Source: a virus
Lineage: Duplodnaviria > Caudoviricetes
IMG/VR virus record: IMGVR_UViG_3300033463_000011
Location: 32,001 to 96,000 of that record
Length of the DNA stretch: 64,000 nt
Reading direction: 5' to 3' (one strand)
The notes under the pieces: model-generated
What the model was told of the DNA's origin: nothing
Database searches by the model: none
What the model saw: only the letters and a program-made list of their open reading frames with translations
In this document: positions 58,279 to 64,000 of the stretch, one piece after another
How the letters are laid out: each line of letters opens with the position of its first letter
Numbering within the stretch: the first letter of the stretch is position 1
Translations under genes and position numbers: made by a program

Positions 58279-58910
58279 ATGCTCCATTACGTTACAACAT
58301 ATCCAATTGGCTTCAGTTATCTGAATGTAAATCAAACAATTCGACCGATTTATATATTACAGTTAGGCAAATAATAGATGACGGTAGTCATAGATTAAGT
58401 GGTACATCTATATTAGTTCAGCATACTCAATATGGCACACTTTTTGCTTGCTTAGTAAATTCTAAAGGAAGTTTATTAACTCCTGACCCTGAATCTGGAA
58501 TAATTAAAGAATTTAGTACAGATGAAATCCTTGCAGAGTTAAACAAGTTTGGATTTGATGTAACCTTTGAAATTAATCAACATCTTAGCGGAGAACAAAT
58601 TTCTTATCTTATCACATTATCTGGTCTTAATTATGATAAGATAAGAAAACTCCCTGTATTTGAATACGATACAATGGGCAATAAATTATTTTCTGAATAC
58701 ATTGTTGCATTTAACGTAGAACATTGTCCTGATTGGATTGATGTAGATTATGTTTGCCGCAAATCGGATTTCTTAGAAAAGTTAAACGACGGAGTAGCAT
58801 CTAACCTAACATATATGAGTCAAACACAATTATTTGATTGGACTTGGCTTACTTATGTAGCAAACATTGATGACATTATTGAAGATAACGGATATGGAGA
58901 AGACGAGTAA
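58275..58910 (+). CDS. Hypothetical protein (structural module)
   Basis: ATGA-coupled. Confidence 0.55.
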   Translation: MNAPLRYNISNWLQLSECKSNNSTDLYITVRQIIDDGSHRLSGTSILVQHTQYGTLFACLVNSKGSLLTPDPESGIIKEFSTDEILAELNKFGFDVTFEINQHLSGEQISYLITLSGLNYDKIRKLPVFEYDTMGNKLFSEYIVAFNVEHCPDWIDVDYVCRKSDFLEKLNDGVASNLTYMSQTQLFDWTWLTYVANIDDIIEDNGYGEDE

Positions 58911-59455
58911 TGGCTCAACACTTAATAGGTCCAGATATAAAGTTGATGCGAAAGCGCTACGATGACGCACTTTCTATGCAAGGAGTTCCTTGTACTTATC
59001 AGTTTCCTAATCTTGCAAAAGCAAACGAGCAAGGTGAACCAGAAATTGATTCTTATTCAGAACCTATGGACACATATATCTTCTTTGAAGGTAACGTAAA
59101 AGCAACAACATTTAAGAGATACGGGTGGGTTGTAGATAACTCTAAAGAACTTCCATTTTTAATCCACTGTAGCTGGAACTTACCTAAAGTACAAAAAGAC
59201 AGTATTTTTACAATGTCAGGATTATATTCTGAACTAACCGAAAGAAAATTCAGAGTTACTGAGATTACTTATGACATGGTTGCAGCGGATCATCTCGTTT
59301 GCCAAGTAGTTCCGATAGCAAATGGGCAGCCTATCGTTGGAAGAACAAGAAAAGAAATTTCACAAACCTTTAATTCTTCTAGCCACTTTCTTAAAAAAGA
59401 CTCTGATTATCGTGGTGATACATATAGCGGAACTTACCATCCAGGAGATAAGTAA
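58910..59455 (+). CDS. Putative neck/head-closure protein
   Basis: Size and context; RYGW, FRVTEI pattern. Confidence 0.45.
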   Translation: MAQHLIGPDIKLMRKRYDDALSMQGVPCTYQFPNLAKANEQGEPEIDSYSEPMDTYIFFEGNVKATTFKRYGWVVDNSKELPFLIHCSWNLPKVQKDSIFTMSGLYSELTERKFRVTEITYDMVAADHLVCQVVPIANGQPIVGRTRKEISQTFNSSSHFLKKDSDYRGDTYSGTYHPGDK

Positions 59456-60090
59456 TGATTTATCTTTATGACCGAGCAATTGCAGATGATTTACAAAAAT
59501 CAATAAATTCTGAAAACGCAGAACCTAATGTGTTTATAGCAGATGCTGAAACATACGCTGGAGTATTTGCTCAAGTAAAAGAAGATACAATAACATATCC
59601 TATAATTTTGCTTGCAAGAGATCCGGATATGCCAGTAATAACTGATTTATGCAATTTTACTCGGTCACATTTCGGAGTACCTGCAGCTTTTGACAATAAA
59701 ACAAATACAATATACAACGAGCGGGCATTACCTGTAGATATTCGATATACATTAAGAATAATATCTACAAATGTAGCGGATTCAGATGAGTTAGCCCGGG
59801 AATTATTCTATAAATACTTATCGATGTATTATTTAACAATACAGCTTCCATATGAATCTGATAGAAAAATAAGATTTGGAATTGAAGTTGATAAAGATTA
59901 TGGAATAAAAAGAGAGTCAGGTAGTTTTGAATACCTCAAAAGTGGAGCGCTATATCAATCAACACTGCATCTTAACACGCAAGGTTGCGTATCGTTAACT
60001 TACACAGGACGTCATGTTCAAAGAATCGTTTATAATACAAAAGATATTCAAATAGAAAGTCCCGCAGGACCTGATGATAAGAAAGGGTAA
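59455..60090 (+). CDS. Putative tail-completion/neck protein
   Basis: YPIILL.R..LPVDIRYTL..D.LARE pattern; context. Confidence 0.5.
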   Translation: MIYLYDRAIADDLQKSINSENAEPNVFIADAETYAGVFAQVKEDTITYPIILLARDPDMPVITDLCNFTRSHFGVPAAFDNKTNTIYNERALPVDIRYTLRIISTNVADSDELARELFYKYLSMYYLTIQLPYESDRKIRFGIEVDKDYGIKRESGSFEYLKSGALYQSTLHLNTQGCVSLTYTGRHVQRIVYNTKDIQIESPAGPDDKKG

Positions 60091-60095
60091 GAAAT

Positions 60096-60449
60096 ATGAA
60101 AAAGACTGGTAGAAAACTTCCTTCAAACATTACAGCAGCTTCTAAGCCTAATGTGAAACTCAGAGTTGAATTTGAAACTTATGAACGCTTCGGCTCTGGA
60201 CAAATACGTAAAGCTACAGTTTCGGGAAACACATTATTAGATGCTCTTAAGAAAATGGTAGATAACATGCAGTTATATCTAGAATCTGATATGATAGAAG
60301 AAGAGAATATGACAGCAGAACAAGTTATTGAGGATATCGCAGGCTCTAATGGAGATGGTTGCGATTTTATCTTCTTATTAAAAAACCTTACAACTGGAGA
60401 AGTTTATATTGAAGAAGATTATTCTGAAGAAGATGAAGATTGGGACTAA
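60096..60449 (+). CDS. Acidic protein with basic leader and ITAAS motif
   Basis: MKKTGRKLPSNITAAS; GSNGDGCDFIF. Confidence 0.55.
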   Translation: MKKTGRKLPSNITAASKPNVKLRVEFETYERFGSGQIRKATVSGNTLLDALKKMVDNMQLYLESDMIEEENMTAEQVIEDIAGSNGDGCDFIFLLKNLTTGEVYIEEDYSEEDEDWD

Positions 60450-61286
60450 TCACTTCTTATAAGAATAAACAACTTTCTCAGTAAAATAAAACGGCACATA
60501 GTTATCAATTTCAGATTGAGATATGTGCCATTTATTATGTTCACCATTCCACCATATTTTCTTTTTACTAGTTTTATTAATAATTTTAAGTCCCCACACA
60601 GGATAAGCATCAGTGTTAAACGAATTATCTAAACTATCTTTAATCACTATTTCTGGAATTTCAAACATTTCATTTAGATAGCGCAAAAGCATAAATGTAC
60701 CATGATTAATTTTATAGCCTCGTCGAGTAACATTTGAAATAATTTGATTTCCTTTTAGAACATAGCATTGACAGATAGTTTCTTTGTCAACCCAAGCCAT
60801 TCGCAACAATGAATTATCATATATAGGGCTGTGCCCGTTTTCTTTTAAGAATCTATTAATTTCTTTCTGGCTAACTTTATAATGTAATTCAAGTTCATTG
60901 GTTTCAAAAATAACTTGAGGATACAACTTCTCTAAAATTAAAATAATATTATCATAATAATTAATACGAATATAATTATAATTCATATTTATAACAGGGT
61001 AGTATTCAAAATCCAATAACAGATCTTTATCCGGAATATACAACCTGTATAAGTGCCCATCAATTCTTTCATTCCAACTGTAGTCAATATTGCGAGAAGA
61101 CAGCCATTGAGTAGCTTGATTAACTTTTTGTTCAACTAATTCCTCAAATTGTTTATAAACTTCGGAGCTTTTATTCGGCCGGCAAATATTAACATACTCC
61201 TCGCATTGACGAATATTTTCTACACCAAATTTATCATATATTGTTTGCTTCGCTTTATTGTTTAACATTGTACCTATATTTTTCAA
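60450..61286 (-). CDS. Degenerate homing-endonuclease-like protein, related in layout to the 30495 ORF
   Basis: DKFGVEN, LYIPDKDLLLDF, EINRFLKENGH parallel the RYG, IYIPKYNIAIE and AYRFLEDNH segments. Confidence 0.5.
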   Translation of the reverse strand: MKNIGTMLNNKAKQTIYDKFGVENIRQCEEYVNICRPNKSSEVYKQFEELVEQKVNQATQWLSSRNIDYSWNERIDGHLYRLYIPDKDLLLDFEYYPVINMNYNYIRINYYDNIILILEKLYPQVIFETNELELHYKVSQKEINRFLKENGHSPIYDNSLLRMAWVDKETICQCYVLKGNQIISNVTRRGYKINHGTFMLLRYLNEMFEIPEIVIKDSLDNSFNTDAYPVWGLKIINKTSKKKIWWNGEHNKWHISQSEIDNYVPFYFTEKVVYSYKK

Positions 61287-61371
61287 ATGATAAATATGTT
61301 TTGAATAAAGGTTTAAAATTCACCTTTGATATCTATATCAAACTAAAATAAGTAAAGGAGAAATAAAAGTT

Positions 61372-62299
61372 ATGTTTACACCATTAGCAATGGGTTGAGT
61401 TTGTGCCCTCGACATTAAGTAATTAGTGTCGGCTACCGCGTTAATTGCTCTGAATCCTTAAAGCCTGTATGCTACAACGTAATCTGAAAAGATAAGCGTG
61501 ATAGAGCGAAAGCAGAAAAAAGTTACAGGATGACCCAAGGTGAAATAAACGCATAGAGATATGTCCTAAAGGTTATTACCAGTTGGTCTTCAGCAGCCAC
61601 TTCGCTAAACTTAATACAGCAAGCGAAAGGTCCATCGATTATCTCCTTGAGGGAGAGTAGAACTCGAAGCAAATGCGAGAAGAAAAATGCGGCTCCTAGC
61701 AATAGGATGAAGATATAATCACAACTTCTGATGAAAATCAGAGATTACAGCGTTGCGACCTGTAGATAAGACAAAGTACAAATCATATGTTAGGCGTAGA
61801 TTCATATGTCCCTCTGTATAAAAACAACTTCGAAATCCGTATATACAACATGGACGGATCCAGCCCTGCAGAATTTTCTGATACACTTACACTCTCTACA
61901 GACGAAGTAGGCGCTATCGAAGAAAATCAAGATGTAATTACAGTACACTATGGTAACGGTTTAATCAAGTTCCCTCAGAAAGTTGATTACGGTGATGTTA
62001 ACTGGACACTTAACTGCTATACAACACCTAATGTACTTGAAGCATTAAGAGCTTGGAGAAGACAGATTTACAATCCGTTGACAGAGACACTTGGATTGCC
62101 TTCGCAGTACATGAGACAAATTTACTTTATAAGATACGATGGTACTGGCGGACAAGCAAGAGACATAATTAAGTGTCCTGGCGCTTGGATACGAAATCTC
62201 AATAACGGCGATATGTCACAAGAAGGCGGCCTTGTCAAGGTAACTTGCTCCTTCGTAATTTCTAGAGCAATTTATCTCAAGCCAGAAGATATCCAGTAA
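61372..62299 (+). CDS. Tail tube protein (gp19-like), intron-interrupted: exon 1 61372-~61395, exon 2 ~61778-62299
   Basis: Strong SD before MFTPLAMG; in-frame join gives MGTNHMLGVDSYVPLYKNNFEI; W..QIYNP.T..GLPSQY. Confidence 0.75.
61396..61777 (+). ncRNA. ORF-less group I intron (IA-like); boundaries uncertain by about 1 nt
   Basis: P1 GGGU/GCCC, P2 with GUAA loop, P3 CCGCGUU/AAUGCGG, P4, P7 GAUUAU/AUAAUC, P7.1, P8 UCCUA-GCAA-UAGGA, P9 UCUGAU-GAAA-AUCAGA, P10 UUUGU/ACAAA. Confidence 0.88.
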
Positions 62300-62324
62300 T
62301 CGTTCAGATTTTCAGACAAATTTC

Positions 62325-62357
62325 AGGTAGGAAGTTAACTCTTCCTACCTATTTTTT
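62325..62357 (+). terminator. Rho-independent terminator
   Basis: AGGTAGGAAG-loop-CTTCCTACCT-ATTTTTT. Confidence 0.8.
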
Positions 62358-62367
62358 ATTCTGGGAC

Positions 62368-62396
62368 TTGTATTATAGGCCTATAGGGCTTATAAT
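62368..62396 (+). promoter_or_regulatory. SigmaA-type promoter, probably giving a leaderless mRNA
   Basis: TTGTAT-17-TATAAT; ATG 7 nt after the -10 box; no SD. Confidence 0.6.
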
Positions 62397-62402
62397 ATAT
62401 TT

Positions 62403-64000
62403 ATGAATAACTTTTTAAACAGTTTGAAAAATCGAGAAGTTTTTGTAGACGATGATCCTGAGTATGATGCATCTATTTCTGATGTACCTAAGGATAGGTT
62501 AAAACCTTGTGCAATTTGTGGTAAATTATTTATCAAAAAGGGTCGTGGAGTATATTGTGGAAGACAACATTATGTTGCTTGTCTTAATTGTGGAAATAGA
62601 GTTAACATAACACAAAATCACTTTTATAGCACTGCACCTAAAACTTGTAGTAAATCATGTGCTGATTTAGTAGGAGTTAGCACGTTTAAAGAGAATTGTA
62701 TTTCTAAATATGGTGTAAGTAATCCAATGCTTGTTCCAGAGCTTGTTAGAGATATGATATCTAAGCGAAATCCTGATTTTGATTTTGCGTTAAAAGAAAA
62801 GGAACAAATTCATCGATGCGAAGTTTGTGGTAAAGAATTTAAATTTGATTACACTCATCCTCGTAAAACATGTTCTGAAGGTTGCGCTGTAAAATTGCAA
62901 AAAGCTTCCATGCCTTCGTTCACAAAGATTTGTGAATTATGCGGTAAGAAATTTACCACGTCATTTAAGAACGCAAAATATTGCGAAGGTCCACACTATA
63001 GAAATTGCATAATATGTGGAAATCAATTTGAATTAAAAGACACAGGCTCTAATTCCGTTACGTGTTCAGAACACTGTAGATTAGCTGCATATAAGCAGAC
63101 CTGCATGAACAGATATGGAGTAGAGATTGGATCTCAAAGCGAACAAGCGAGAGAGAAGTTAAGTATTGCAGGAAAGAAAAATAATCCTAAACAACCTAAG
63201 GTAGAAGTAATAAAGTCTCCGATTATAAAAAATTGCAGGATATGTAACCTTCCATTTACGCTTGAAAATAATGCACAGCATATCTGTACTAGACAACATT
63301 ATAGAAAATGTGATGTATGCGGTAAGCAGTATGAATTCAATGCCCCATGGACGCAGCTATGCTGTTCAATAGAATGCACACAAAGTAAAAGAGTTTCTAC
63401 TCAAAAGAATTCTCAAGGACTAGACGGAACTCCATTAGATAGTTCTTGGGAGAAGACTGTATATGATTTTTGGAAATCACTTGGTTTAGAAGTAGAAAGA
63501 AATATTCCAATTCAATACGAATATAATGGAAAATCTCACACCACTTTTATTGATTTTAAAGTTAACGGAGTATTATACGAGGTTAAAGGTAGCCATCTGT
63601 TAAGTGGTTCATTTGATTATGGCGGAGTTCCTATTGAAGTTAAATTAGATATTTATAGAAAACATCACGTGATAGTAATTACTGAGAGGAACTCATCTTA
63701 TATTTTTGGGAGTAAAAATAGCAAAGAATCTAACGGGCTTAAGTATCTTAACGTATGCCCTAATCCCTTAATTGGAGTAGACTTCGCATTATTTAAAGAT
63801 TTTCCTAAGTTTCCATATTCAAGTGATAGGCCTATGTGCTTTTATGATGTTAAGGTAAGTAAAAAATTATCTTCGCATGATGCGTTCTATGATAAAAGAA
63901 TAAGGTGGCAAATAATCGAAAACAGGATTCAACACGTTGGAGGATTTATAGATGCAAAAGAAGTACTTAATGGCCTAAATGTAACTCGAATTGCAAAACA
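62403..64000 (+). CDS. Zn-ribbon-repeat PD-(D/E)XK homing-endonuclease-like protein (runs off window)
   Basis: Many CxxCG..HY..CxxCG repeats; DSSWE..FIDFKVNGVLYEVKG. Confidence 0.8.
   Translation, partial: MNNFLNSLKNREVFVDDDPEYDASISDVPKDRLKPCAICGKLFIKKGRGVYCGRQHYVACLNCGNRVNITQNHFYSTAPKTCSKSCADLVGVSTFKENCISKYGVSNPMLVPELVRDMISKRNPDFDFALKEKEQIHRCEVCGKEFKFDYTHPRKTCSEGCAVKLQKASMPSFTKICELCGKKFTTSFKNAKYCEGPHYRNCIICGNQFELKDTGSNSVTCSEHCRLAAYKQTCMNRYGVEIGSQSEQAREKLSIAGKKNNPKQPKVEVIKSPIIKNCRICNLPFTLENNAQHICTRQHYRKCDVCGKQYEFNAPWTQLCCSIECTQSKRVSTQKNSQGLDGTPLDSSWEKTVYDFWKSLGLEVERNIPIQYEYNGKSHTTFIDFKVNGVLYEVKGSHLLSGSFDYGGVPIEVKLDIYRKHHVIVITERNSSYIFGSKNSKESNGLKYLNVCPNPLIGVDFALFKDFPKFPYSSDRPMCFYDVKVSKKLSSHDAFYDKRIRWQIIENRIQHVGGFIDAKEVLNGLNVTRIAK

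Noticed and set aside
1-64000. Stop-codon reassignment as the cause of the split genes
   Set aside because: Genes are intact in the standard code, TAA/TAG/TGA all end genes, and the split halves have their own SD sites.
1-64000. tRNA or rRNA genes
   Set aside because: No cloverleaf or T-loop pattern noticed in the intergenic gaps by eye; tRNAscan-SE would be decisive.

Overview
AT-rich segment of a large, probably myovirus-like dsDNA phage of a Firmicutes-type host (strong GGAGG Shine-Dalgarno sites, sigmaA-type promoters, standard genetic code), almost all on the + strand. In order: 7-deazaguanine precursor genes (queC partial, queD, queE, folE) with an HNH gene and an amidase-signature enzyme; tail fibre/adhesin genes; small proteins and a tnpB-only IS200/IS605 element; a sigma-like gene and a likely replication origin; a replication module (helicase, primase, second sigma-like gene, SSB, a family A polymerase broken in two by an endonuclease gene, beta clamp, DnaX/HolA/HolB, Cas4-like nuclease, RecA, resolvase); a DpdA-like transglycosylase; a second cluster of small proteins; and a packaging/structural module (terminase with a naturally split intein, an apparently inactive LigA-fold protein, portal, neck-like proteins, tail tube with a group I intron). 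Most notable: (1) a shared N-terminal MK[ILR]Y tag on about 12 mostly unrelated small proteins, a candidate capsid-targeting/processing system; (2) three different ways of interrupting essential genes; (3) two phage-specific promoter motifs matching two sigma-like genes; (4) an amidase next to the deazaguanine genes; (5) a PolA paired with a full bacterial-type clamp/clamp-loader set. All assignments come from motif recognition by eye; no searches were run.
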